Assembly: GCF_030028105.1 (NCBI RefSeq)
Contig: NC_092380.1
Span: 70,057,717 to 70,121,716, forward strand
From: Mobula birostris
Taxonomy: Eukaryota
Direction: 5' to 3'
Length of the DNA stretch: 64,000 bases
Both the position numbers and the translations under genes were made by a program. Below are positions 25,876 to 38,687 of this stretch, piece by piece; positions within the stretch are counted from its first letter, which is position 1, and each line of letters starts with the position of its first letter. The notes under the pieces were generated by a model, which saw only the letters and a list, made by a program, of their open reading frames with translations, had not been told where the DNA came from and did no database searches.

Positions 25876-26439
25876 AGAGTTGGACAATTCAATATTGAGA
25901 TTCAACTTGGGTTAGATAGCTGAAACATCTAACGTATTGTCACATGACAAAATTCAGTTCACCTCATTGATGCATACTTATTTTTATCACTGTGTGATAT
26001 TCTTTGTATAATATAAAAGGGCCAGACATTGCAGAGAAGTCTTCATACCCAGAATTATGGTTTGAACTTGTCCCACACATTTGTTTATTTTATCCAGATG
26101 TAGAAGGCCAATCTACCTCCACATCCAATAGTCCAGCAGCAACGGTAACTATACCAGGTCCCAAATCTAAAGTAACCCCAACCATCTATGACAGGCACAA
26201 ATGGAGGCAGAATTTTTACAGGCAGTAAAAACATAAAATTTCTTAAACTTTTTAATGTTTCTAACACCCAGAGTTAATTTAAAAAATTTAATTATACAAG
26301 ATCAAGAATATGAACATAAAACAGTTTAAAGCTTTAAATGGATAAAAATTAATAATAGTGTCAAGATGGTTGTTGTGATGCATCTAGTGTGGTAGTGTTT
26401 GTCACTCTTACTTTCAGCTTCCACCGCTGGCTCACAGTC

Positions 26440-26900
26440 TCGCGAAAAGGATACCCAAATGTGTAAATCTCTCCCTACCAGTACATGGCCTCTCCAACAG
26501 CAAGCCCCAAGCAGTGCCTCCTCATTGCAAACACATGGAAACTGAACTCCTTTTGGACTCGGGCTGAACTACAGATGATGGGGAGGAGGTCTGGTGTCTG
26601 CACACATAGCACGCAGACCCAGCAGCATATAGAAACGCCTTGGTGCTTGTGAACCAGATCCCCAGCTATAAGTAAATAGCCCCATTGCCTTGTGGGCAGC
26701 CTCAGGAGAGACAAAGGCCACGGGAGTAAACCCAGACAGCAAATCCGGAGTGGAGCCCTTAAGGTGGCTGGACAATATTGAACATTCATCCGGCAGCTCC
26801 TGCAGCCATACTTGTGCCAAATGTATTGTTTCATCGGCTTTCCTTTGGACTACACTGGTGAGGCCAAGAGAGGGATCTTGATGACTGGGCATCTCAGGAT
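26440..26900 (+). mobile_element. RTE/BovB-like 5' region fragment
   Basis: ccggagtggagcccttaagg..ggcagctcctgcagcc..gtgccaaatgtatt resembles RTE 5' leader sequence. Recognition only. Confidence 0.45.
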
Positions 26901-27815
26901 CTCCATTATCTTCTGTCCAGGCTTGTGATGATGGTCATCACTCTTTTCCTTCAAGACAGATGGATGCCAACCAATAACATAAAAAGAAAATAATTGATAG
27001 AAGTTCCTTGCCTGCTCTTTAACCCACTTTAAAAAGAATGTGATCTCAGATCCTGAAGCAGGTTGGATCTGACACAGGATTCAAGTGGCAATCCCCTATA
27101 ATAATGCTAGCGAATCTGAAGCAGTGGCTTGAGTCTCTATTCAAACTCCATGGAGAGATCAGTGATGCAGCAAACTATTCCCCAAAATAGCACCAGGGAG
27201 CCCTAGCAACACTGAGTTCCACCACAGGAATCTAGCAATAAGGTGAAGCAATTTCCCAGGAAGATGCCAAGGAATCCATGTAACCTCTAAGTTACATCAC
27301 TGGATTCCATTTGGAGTGCAGTTAAAGAACAAATCAAATCCCCAGAATAACTGCAGGGTATCATCCTGGGCCCTATTAGTAATTCTAAAGCGTCTGCAGC
27401 AGCTGGCTAAACTTGTGGTCTTCAAATCAGCCAGTGACTCTTCACCTTCCATTTTTACAATGTGCACTGAATGTTGTTATTTCCAAACAAAACAGCAAAC
27501 AGTCAGCTGGATCAGGGCATCTCTCTTTTGTTTTTACTTAATTACAGAAATTTTTTAATAAATTCTAATTTCTAATAGTTTAAATGCAATTTCTTTCCCA
27601 AAATTTGACTGACAAGTAGAGAATTTTACCATAAAGTTTGTATATCATGATTTACTACATGTGTATTTGTAGTCTTTTAATAAAAACACACACATTTCAG
27701 TGTAACAATTTTGTACTATTAAATGTGTGAAATTTTGACATGTTGATAGCTATAGAAATATGTAGCTCTCTAAAACAGTATAAATGTAGAAATTAAGAAT
27801 ACATTGAATTCATAC

Positions 27816-28139
27816 CTCCAAGATGCAATGTGTGAAAAATCCTCGTGGGTCTGTGAGAAGTTGGAAAATGAAGAGCCTCAACTTTGAAATCAATTTGACG
27901 ATCTTCTACTGAAATTATGTATTTATATCGACTCTCTCTGTAGAAGAAGCCGGTATTTTTATCTATCTCTGGGGTGGTAGAAATTATTTCATTATCATCA
28001 ATCTTCTTATCATTTTTGAACCACATAAACATGACATTCTCTGGAAAGAAGCCATAAGCAACACATAGGAATGTTGCTTCGTTTCCTGGCTCTGGGTATT
28101 GTGGTTCAACCGTCATGTTGTCCATTAATGGAGAAGATA
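27816..28139 (-). CDS. Exon 8: post-TM C1-like Ig domain 4
   Basis: atttacag|TA TCT TCT...GGA G|gtatga, 324 nt. FLCVAYGFFP..FMWFKN..TGFFYRES; the F-strand Cys is replaced (FKVEALH). Confidence 0.88.
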
Positions 28140-30470
28140 CTGTAAATATCAAAATAAATTGTTAAGTGAAGTGGTTTTACAACCTACTTAAATAACCCAA
28201 ACAAAATTATACAAGAAAACAGTCACAATTATCTTGAATTTGAGCTACTAAGATTAGCATTTCAGCATGAAAAAGTATTGGACTTGCATTACTGAGAAAC
28301 CTTTGGGCTGAGATGAGTCTGTAGCCAGACAAGAGATAGGGAACATGGCAGCTCCATCGCATCCATCAGAAGGTGCAGAATGCAGAATGACATCACATAG
28401 AGCCACTGCCCCTTCTCCCCAGCATGTCTCTTACTGGCCATAACATTCAGAATGCAACCTTAAGCCGCATAATTCAGTGCTAGACAATGATATAGCTGCT
28501 ACACATTCCCTTGGTGTCTCTCTCCAGGTGGCTATGAGGCCATTTCAACTATTTTAATGCTGCTGCAAAAGTCTAGTTTCTCAAAGAGATTTCAAGCACA
28601 GCTGAAATTGGGTGTGTGAAGGGTGGGTGCAGGGGTTTTCTCTGTGTCCCCAACAGAATGGAGCTGCCAATAACACATCCATATACATTCCTATAATAAC
28701 CCATTTTAACTATAATTATTCTACTCGTATTCTCATTCTTGAGAATGTATTGACTCATAAAGCAAGGTGGCAGTGTAGTTTCTCAGTCCACCTCAGTCCA
28801 AACTCTCTTCTCATACTTTGCCCTGATCAATGTCTCAATCACAAAGCCTCACATTTTTTCCTCTGATCTGTTTAAAAAAAACTCTTAATAACTTCTGACA
28901 ATCTCCTTGTCCCTTTGTCTACCACTCCGTACACTTTCACTCTGCTTTACAGACTTGAATTTTCTCCCAGTGCTAAATATTTCCTTTCCCCACTTCCTCT
29001 TTTAATTAGAATAAACATATTTCATTTGTCAGTAGAGTGCTTGCTCACTCAATTTAAGTGTACCATGTCTCAACAGAACAATCTCAAAAGAATGCTAAAT
29101 CCTATGAATCAAGGCCCTTGCTACCCATACAACTTAAATCATAGATTTAATATGTTATTTGCTTGTACCTGTATCAATTTGATCAAGGATAATATAGAGA
29201 ACTCAGCTCAAGTATTTAATACCGATAGATATACATCTAAATCTAACTTCTTAAATTTTCTCAGCAGAACCACATTCTAAACATATTTCATGTTTGATAA
29301 AACCAACAAAGAAAACTGAGCATTCTTCCTCCAGTTTTGCCAGCAGTGAATCCAGAACTTAGAATGGATCGGTGCATCAATCTAATAGGTTACCCATTAT
29401 ACTAACAGTAATTAAATTAACAGTTAACTAATTTGTGTTCTACAAGGGTTAATGAAATTTTGCAAACTAAAGATTTTTAAAATTTGTATCAAACAAACCA
29501 ATGTGCTTGTGAAGCAATAATATTTTACCACATTGCAGATTACCATTATTATGCACTATACCACTCTATGCAGGTAGTGGACATCATGTGACTTTCCATA
29601 ATCACACAGAAAAAAAATTCACTCCTAAAACTATGCACCTTCAGACAGGGAAGTTATAAATAAAGCCAGCACAGAAGATTCAAGAAGCAAACAAGTCTTC
29701 ACCCAACTCACATGGTCTTATTGAAACTGGATACAAATCAGAAAAAAAGTTGCATTTACGGTCAATCGACTTATAAGCCACCCCAACAAGCTGATAGATC
29801 CATAGAGTTAAAGATCAGCTGGATAAAAATGAGGGAGAAAAAAATGGAAGGATATACTATTTTAGATTTAGTGGTAGTGTGTCTGTGCGGATGCTCACAT
29901 GGTATGTTACCAATGGCAAAGGGCCACTGGGGCTGATTGCCCCAATTCTACCATATAGAAGTTTTACTTTATTCTGTAATTGTGATTTTTTAAATTGGCG
30001 TGGCTTTAAAAGTTGAAGAGTTAAGTTCCTCGTATACCTTTTCCAACTTTGTCTCTATAGTAACATCTAATTATCGAACTTATTCTAGCCAACAACCGAG
30101 CAGCCTGCCCGGGATTGGATTTTGACCCTCAAAGATTGCATCCATATCCATATACCTTTCTGCTTTCTTCAAGAAAAAACTCACTGAGATATCTGACTAG
30201 ATTTCAAGTTGTGAAAATAAAAACTTCGAGTGAAAAGATAATTTTCTGGTCCCATAACAAGTGGCCAATCTTAAACTGTCCAAAGTTAGCTTTTCCAGTT
30301 TGACCAGCCATGAAGCTGAAACTAGAATGTATATCAGAATGAACCTGATAGATTATCCATACCACCAACAATAATTTAACAAAAGCTCCTGCATGTATCC
30401 ATTTATGTTCTCTAATGGCTATTGGAATATTGCAAAATAAAAAGTGTTAATAAATAAAACATTTACTCAC

Positions 30471-30782
30471 TCAATTTAAACAATTTACAGCTAGTTTTCT
30501 TGGTGTCTGTCATACTTTCATGCTGGAATTCACACGTTAATAACTTTCCCAAATCTTCTCTTTCAGGAATAAATTTCAAATGACTTGTGCAGCTATAACG
30601 GCCATCTTTTCCCAAGATAGCTTCAGATTCAGCATTCATTTCCTCCAGTATATTATTATCCATTTTCCAGATAACTTTGATGTTTTTTGGGAAGAAGGAA
30701 TATATTCGGCATGATGCATAACCAAATTCTTCTACAATTGGGACTTCAGGAACGATTTTTATATCACCACATTTTGGGATTG
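30471..30782 (-). CDS. Exon 7: post-TM C1-like Ig domain 3
   Basis: ctttgctgcttag|CA ATC CCA...TTG A|gtgagt, 312 nt. ASCRIYSFFPKNIKVIW..KDGRYSCTS..LTCEFQH, both Cys present. Confidence 0.88.
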
Positions 30783-31049
30783 CTAAGCAGCAAAGAAAGG
30801 GAAAAATAAACCGTAAAAGATTGCGACAAACTACAGGTTTTGTTTAAGAACCAGCTTTAGATGGAATCATTAAAAAGAGGATACTGATATACAGTTTGAT
30901 GGGGCTTTTGTAGCACATTCAATAGATCACTGAAGTATTATAGATAGCTGGAGAAATCTGAAGACTCAAGTCCAAACCCTTCATGATACTAGGGAAAATT
31001 AAACTCAGGTAATTAAATAAATCTATACTAACCATAAACAGTACAGAAT

Positions 31050-32135
31050 AGGAACATGCCTTTCACTCCACAATCTTGTGCCAATCAAATTTCATAGTCA
31101 AATGCCTAACAAAACTAATCCATTCTAACATCATGCCAACCACTGAAGTTAGGCTTACTGGCCTATAATTTCACAGTTTTACCTCTCTCCTTTTTAAAAT
31201 GTGGAGCGACATTTATGATTTTCCAGTGCTCCAGCACCACTCCAGAAGGGTCTTGCTATTAACAGTGCCCTGTCCCTTTGCATTTGAATTTTCAAATTGA
31301 AACACATCACATTTGGCCAAAGATAAACTCCATCTGCAACTGATCTATATCCCACTGCATCCTTTGCTAGTCAACTATTTTAACCAAAACACTGCCAATT
31401 TGCATATCATCTACAAACTTCCTAACCCATCCATCTACGATTTCAACCAGGTCATTTAGGTATTTGGCCAATAACAGAGGTCTCAGTATGGATCCACACG
31501 AATACCAGTCACAGACATTCAGCAAGAATAGGTCCTGTCTACCACTATCCTCTCTCTTCTAGGGGCACATAAATTCAGAATTCACCATGGATCCCACATA
31601 TTTATATCTCTTCAATGAACCTCCTCCGAGGGACCTTATCAAATGTCTAAGTAAAATCCATGTAAACAACATCCACAGCTCTATCTTCATCATTTCCTCA
31701 AAAAGACTTAATCGAGCTAGTTAGACACAACTTGCACTGCACAAAGCTGTGCTGATTATCCCTCAATATGGTTTTCCAAATGCTCATAAATCCCATCCCT
31801 AAGAATCCTCATCAGCAAGTTCCCTATTAGTGATGTGAAATTCTCCTGTCTATTGTTAGCAGGATGATTCCCATTTCCTTTCTTAAATAATGGAACCACA
31901 TTAGCTACTTGACAATTCTCTGGGACTTCACATGTGGCTAGAGAGGACATGGTCAAGATCCCAGCAATCTCATTGCTTGCCTTCCTTAATAATCTGAGGC
32001 ATATCCCATCGGGACCTGGGGATTTATCCACCTTAATGTTCTTTGAGAGAACCAATAAACACTTGTTCTTTATCTCAACATGCCCTGGTAAATTAGCATG
32101 CTCCACACTGGTGTCCCTACCCTCCTTGTCCTAAA
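31050..32135 (-). mobile_element. CR1 RT fragments
   Basis: VDKSPGPDGICLRLL..WQVANVVPLFKKG-type motifs. Confidence 0.8.
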
Positions 32136-33071
32136 GCTTTGGTATTCCACCTGAACCTAAGATGAATACCTGGATCCATGGAAATAGACAAGCTTTCTTT
32201 CAGCCTTATATCATCCAATTCCTTGACTCAGCCCAATTTTGGCTTAAACTTTTACTGAGAGACAATAATTCTAGCCTCAACTACTGCAATGATTTGTGCC
32301 CTACCTCTGATTCCTGCATTCAGTAAATATTAGCTTATTTAAAACTATTTCCTGCACCTTAACTCTTGTTCCTTCACCAATAATAACTACTTTTCATTTC
32401 CAGACAGCAGTGTCATTGGCAGTCAGGACTTCAGCCACTTAACTTGTATATGTTATGGAACTTGCTTCAGAAGCTTCTGAGGCTCTGTGTCATCTTGGTG
32501 CCTTACAATTCACCATAAAACCTATCAGATCTTTAGCTTATTCTAGTTATGGAACAATTAAGAGCCTTTGGAAGCATTTCTCTGCAACTCACACATTCCA
32601 ACAGTTCTGTTAATGTAACAACAAGGGTGGCAAATGACGAGAAGATCAGAAACACAGCAGAATAAAAGTGAAGATGAATTTTGCATTAAAACAGAGGGCA
32701 CGCTAAAACATTGGTCAGAAATAATCAATAAATTAATAACTGATATAATTATTTCATATTTTAATTATTACCAAGTTAATACTTTATCCCCACACCTTCA
32801 TCGAGATCTTAAAATATAGATTTATGTTTTTGTTAGCACAAATTAGAGGTCATTGCCTGTGACCTCTACCTTAATATCTTAAAAAAAATCATACCATAAG
32901 AACAATAAATTATTTGGCTGTAAAACAAGGAATTTGGTGTTAGTGCCTAAATTAATATGTTTAAACCTCTAGAAGTTCTTTCTGGGCTGATTCCAAGATA
33001 ACCTAAATATCGTAGTTAAAACAATAGTAAAACATGATACGCAAATATGAACTAATACATTCTGACTGTAC

Positions 33072-33449
33072 CTTTTACGCTTAGTGTAACACCCTTCTGT
33101 ATTTCTGAACCTGTGGACAGATGTTCAGCTTCACAAATATACTCTGTATCATGGTCTTCCTGAATGGTTGGTATAAAAGCAAGAACACTTAAGATACTGT
33201 AAGTATGGTCTTCGTATGTCACCTCATGTAGGGTGTGGGAATATTTGGGAAGATTTGTTTCATTCCCAGCAAAAGTTTCTTGAACTCGTGGTACATATTT
33301 CACAATTTCTTTCAATTTGTCGTTCTGCTTCTGGTACCAAGTGATAGCCAGTGGTCTTGGTTTAAATCCATCAATTGGACAGGACAATGCAATCAATTCT
33401 TCATGAATGATGCAAGGAGGTACTAGAATGTCTGTCATCTTTGGTGCAA
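33072..33449 (-). CDS. Exon 6: post-TM C1-like Ig domain 2
   Basis: aaag|TT GCA CCA AAG...AAA G|gtacag, 378 nt. LSCPIDGFKP..ITWY..DHTYSILS..YICEAEH, both Cys present. Confidence 0.88.
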
Positions 33450-33809
33450 CTTTTTTTATTGAGAAGGGAAAAAAAGGATAGAATATTTAATGTCGTCAGC
33501 ACACAACATTGTCTTATTTTGCAAAAGATAAAATAGACTGAGAGGTTTATTTATTAATTAGATAAATAAACCTTCAGTTTTTTAAAATCTGTTGCAAACA
33601 GAGTATAAATAAAAATACAGCAATTTTAACAGAAGCTGCACCTTTCTGTTAAAATTTACTGCCAAGTACTTCAGGCTTATAAGATTTAACTACAAAAAAG
33701 ACTGCAAATTTTAAAAAAGATATAGTAATACAAAAAAGTCAAAAGACAAAGAGAAAACATGAGTGAAGATCCAACAACTTCAAAAAATCTGTTACTCTAA
33801 GACACTGTA

Positions 33810-34184
33810 TGTGGGGTGATTGATAAGTTTGTGGCCTAAGGTAGAAGGAGTCAATTTTAGAAAACATTGCACTTTTTCAACATAGTCCCCTCCTAAGGTA
33901 GAAGGAGATGAGTTATACAGCTCTCGTTACCTGCACATGCAGTTCACTCTCTGAGTGATTATGCAAAAAGTTTGGTTAATAACTCATCTCCTTCTACCTT
34001 AGGCCAGGAACTTATCAATCACCCCTGCTGTGGACACTTTCTGAAGGTCCAGGATCCATATGCTCCACGACCGCTGGACTAAGTGTATAAATGTAGGAGG
34101 GGGCTATGTTGAAAAATAAATGTGCTAGGTTTTCTAAAATTGATTCCTTCTACCTTAAGCCACGAACTTATCAATCACCCCTCG
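33810..34184. mobile_element. Composite mariner-type MITE
   Basis: TA-flanked. TIR ggggtgattgataagttt.ggcctaaggtagaagga at both ends, plus internal extra TIR copies (~33893 and ~33990-34026). Confidence 0.75.
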
Positions 34185-35639
34185 TACATGGCCATAAATA
34201 TAGGGCTAAAAAGTTATTGTTAACTTACTTATACAAAACCTGTATTCAACATTATAGCTCTTTTACCATATCTCTTACAAACTTCTACTCTCCAGAGCCT
34301 ACAATCAAATTGTCGTACACAACTGAAACTGCCGCTCTTAAAAAGGATTCATCCAACAAGTTAATCTAATACAAATGTGGTCTCACCAGAACTTAGTTGG
34401 GGATCAATCTGAGTACATGGCAGTTATCATCTTCTCCTACCTACTTGCAAACTAAAAGTGTGATACTATCCTGCACAAAAGGTCATGAGAAAGATAACAT
34501 ATGCAACAGTTTACAGACATAAAAAACATATTAGGTAATGTTGCTTTTTGGAATGAACTGGATAGTAGTTGAATTCAATGCTATTCTTACCTACAGTTTG
34601 CAATGCAATTTGAGTGTCTACAACGTGTTAGACTGATAGTTGCAAAGTACAGAAACTTAATTCCCTGTGCCTCTCTCTAATTCTCTCTTGCTGTTCTGGA
34701 GTATTTGCAAAATGCTGAATTTAAGTTGATGAGGATTTATTTAAAGTCAGTTCAGTCAGGAAACAATGCAACTGGAAATCTGTATCCTCCCTTTTATCAA
34801 GCTTTCCACAATCATTCTCATCAGTTCACTGAGAAAATCTAGCCCATAGAATTGTACTTGGCTTAGTTAAATATTTTGCAAAATAGAACTGAATTCAAAT
34901 GACATCAAAAACAGAATATCAATGTGAGTATATCATCTCCACCATAATTGCTGAACTAGAAACAACTGAGCAACACTAGACCTTTGAATCTCTCACCCTT
35001 TTAAAAACTCTGCATTCCTATTTTTTCTACAATGGATGACTTCATATTTTTCTGTATTATATTCCATCTGCTATGTCCTTTCTCTTTCACTTAGCCTATG
35101 CTATATCTAGCAGAGGCCATTCTGTACCTTCCTAACAACTCACACTGCCACCTCCAGCTTTGTTTCAACAGCTAATTATGGATATATTGCACTGGGTCCC
35201 CTCATTCAAATCACTGATATAAATTAGAAATCAGACTTATTATCATTGATATAAGTCATTGCATTTGTTGCTTTGTAGCCGCAGTACTGTGCAGGCATAA
35301 CAAATGTTGGTTGGCTGATCAAAGTAACAAGATGGTTCGTGGATCATTCAGAAATCTGAAGGCAGAGGGGGGAGAAAAAACTGATCCTAAACTGATCCTC
35401 TGAGATGTTGTTGAAACTGTTCACCCTTTCCAGCACTGAGACCACAGCGAGGATTGGTCCATGTTCTCCCGAAGACTACAATCAATTTGCTGGTCATGCT
35501 GATGTTGAATGCAAGGTTGTTGCTGCTTCACCACTCGACCAGTTGATCTATTTGCTCCTTTATGCTTCATGTCTATTCACATTTTTTGCAATATCTTCAG
35601 CTCAGACATTCCTTACAAGAATATTTAAGTAATTCTCCA

Positions 35640-36930
35640 TGTATACAAGACTCTGACCCGTTGGACATTATTTTAAAATGAACCCTTTAGTGAAAGGTTT
35701 TATTCGAAAAATTTAAAATTTACTATTACAACAGGATAACTATCCTTTACTTAAGATTAAGCAAGATTGGGAAAGAGAGCTTAATATGATCTTGATAACA
35801 GAGGATTGGTTGCGAATTCTGAAGTTGGTCAACTCTTCTTCGATTTGTGCCAGTCATTCTCTAATTCAATTTAAAACTGTACATCGTTATTATTTGATAA
35901 AGAAGAGATTGTCTAAGATATTTCCTAATGTAAATAGTCAGTGTGATAGATGTAAAACTGAGATAGCAACATTGACACATATGTTTTGGTCGTGTTCTGT
36001 ATTGAAACAGTTTTGGAAATCTTATTTTTTCTACAATTTCTAAAGCTTTAAAAATCAATTTACAACCTAATAAATTGACAGTTTTGTTTGGTATAATTCC
36101 TCAATATATTCATGGTATTTCTATATCAGACCAACACGTTTGTCACATTATTGGCTAGAAGGGCTATTTTATTAAAATGGAAAGATGCCTCTGCTCCCAC
36201 TTTGATACAATGGTTCTCTCAGGTGACGTTATGTCTTAGTTTGGAAAAAATTAGAAGTCGAACTTTTGATCCTACATTTGACTTCGAGAAAAGGTGGGGG
36301 TCTTTTATCCGTTATTATCATTTGATTTGAGTTAATTAAGGTGGTCCTTTTCTGATGCTTGGATATATGGATTTGGTTGACGGAATGATGTCTTTTTTTA
36401 TGGAAGCTTGTATGGCGTATAGCTCAAACAACAGGAATTCTGCAGATGCTGGAAATTCAAGCAACACACATCAAAGTTGCTGGTGAATGCAGCAGGCCAG
36501 GCAGCATCTCTAGGAAGAGGTGCAGTCGACGTTTCAGGCCGAGACCCTTCGTCAGGACAGGGTCTCAGCCTGAAACGTCGACTGCACCTCTTCCTAGAGA
36601 TGCTGCCTGGCCTGCTGCGTTCACCAGCAACTTTTATGGCGTATAGCTCCCAGTTTGTGCTCCAAATGGTTTTCTTTCCCCCCTTTTTTTGTTATTAGGG
36701 TTTTTTTTTGTTTTAGTTAGTAGGGGTTCTTTTTTCTTTCTTTCCTTTTTCCAAAAAAAATAGCTTTAACATCTTGTTTTTTTTTATTATTATTGATATA
36801 TTGTTCAGTCTTGTTGATAGTTTAACTCTTATTCTACATATGGATATGTTGTCTTGATTATTTTGATGTATTTTTCTTTGTTGTTGATTTTCAATAACAA
36901 TTAATGAAAAAGATTTAAAAATGAAAATGA
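35640..36930 (+). mobile_element. L1 3' fragment interrupted by a fold-back element
   Basis: SICASHSLIQFKTVHR..CDRC..HMFWSC, then a T-rich 3'UTR and an (AAAATG)n tail. Confidence 0.85.
36426..36634. mobile_element. Penelope-derived fold-back insertion with 15-bp TSD
   Basis: TSD tatggcgtatagctc at 36411-36425 and 36635-36649. 76-bp inverted arms at 36473-36548 and 36559-36634. Confidence 0.85.
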
Positions 36931-37509
36931 AAATGCTTTATGTCACCATCTGAGACTCTGCCCACGACAATGGTGTCAGCAGTGAATTATAGATTACACT
37001 TCAACTGTACCTAGCCAGGCTGTCATGAGTGCGGGGGGAGACGAGCAGTGGGCTAAGCACACACTCTTGGGGTACACCTGCGTAGATTGTCAGGAGGAGG
37101 AGATATTAAATTATAAACATCTGATGCCCCAGGATTGATCACTAGAACACTGCAATAGTCGGAACCTCCAAGCCCAAAAATGACCTGCACTCTTTTTCCC
37201 CCTCTCTATTACATAATTCACAATTCATAGATAAACATTGCTTCCAATCGTGTGTGCTGTAATTTTATGTAATAATTGCTCGTTTAGTACAGTACCTATA
37301 GAAAGCCTCTCAAAATCCAAGTATACCTGTCCTCCAAATCAGGTGACACTAGTCCTTGTTGGGATACCAGTCAGTGCATATTGTAATAAAATGGATGATA
37401 GAAAAGTGGAGGGCTATATATGAGGGAAGGCTTAGATTGATCTTAAGAGTAAGTTAAAACATTGTCACAACACATGATGGACTGAAGAGCCTGCCAAGTG
37501 CTGTTATGT

Positions 37510-38400
37510 TCTATGTAATAGCATTTCCTCCTTGCAGACAATCAACACAGGCATACCTCAACTATATGTGCTTAGCCTACCGCTCTAATCCATCTACACT
37601 TATGACTGTGACTAGGTACATCTCAAATGTTATCTCTAAATTTAGTATCACTGTTGAGGGCAGAAACTCAGATGTTGAAAAGGAAGTGTACATGAGTGAG
37701 ATGGATTGGCTGGTTGAGTGCAGTCACAACAACAACTTTGCACAAAGCATCAGCAAGACGAAGGAACTGATTGTAGTCTTCAGGAAGGGGAAGTCGAGGG
37801 AACACGCACTGGTCCTCATTGAACAGTCACTGGTGGAAAGGGTGGGCAGCTTCATGGTCCTGGGTTTCAACAAGTCAGAGGGTCTATCTTGGGCCCAACA
37901 CATTGTTATAATCATACAGAAGGAATATCAGTGACTCTTCTTCATTAGGAGTCTGAGAAGGTTCAGTATGCCACCAAAGACTTGCAAATTTCTACACATA
38001 CTGTATAGAGCATTCTCACTGGTTGCATAACAACCTGACATGGAGCCTCCAATGCCTCCGAAAGAGATCCAGCCAGTTTCTTTGCGGGGATAACCCTCCT
38101 CATCGCTGAGGAAATCTTCAAAAGGAATAGTGCCTCAGAAAGGCAGCATCAATCATTAAGGACTCTCACCATCTGGGACATGACCTCTTCACATTACGAT
38201 CATCCGGGATCAGGTAAAGGAGCCTGAAGACCCATGCTCCATGGTTTAGGAACAGCTTCTTTCTCTCTGCCATCAGATTTCTCAATAGAACACGAACTCA
38301 TGAATACTACTTCCTTACTCGTCTTTCACTCCATTTGTTTATTTTGTAACTTGCAGTACTTTTTATTTCATGAATATGCCAGAGATAATAAGCCTGATTC
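37510..38400 (+). mobile_element. Rex1/Babar-type RT 3' part
   Basis: LVECSHNNNFAQSISKTKELIVVFRK..SWAQH motifs and the family 3' tail. Confidence 0.75.
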
Positions 38401-38687
38401 TGAAATTAAACACTGGTAGTGCAGTGCTTACAAAGCAGTTAAGAATAAACAAGTGGATGGAGAAATTTGTAACTTCGTGTGTTCATTGTAATTTTCTAAT
38501 CAGAATTATGTTTAATATCACTGGCATACTATGCATTGTGAAATTCAAAAGTAGTGCAAAAAAAGAGAGGACAAAGATACCGATCCAGTCATGATCATTT
38601 CATTTTTCGCCCTTCTGAAACCATTCTACAATGAAGTAATTTTACTAATGACAAATATTCAGTTATTTTCATTGCTTTCTTACTTAC

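Noticed and set aside
26000-26270. ORFs between exons 8 and 9 as a possible extra exon
   Set aside because: No Ig pattern and no phase-consistent splice pair. Exon 8 splices cleanly to exon 9.
26640-26730. Second HDV-like fold in the RTE 5' fragment (gggcagcct...aggcca-cgggag)
   Set aside because: P4- and P2-like pairings are present, but there is no L3 CC for P1.1 and no clear P1. Too degraded to call.
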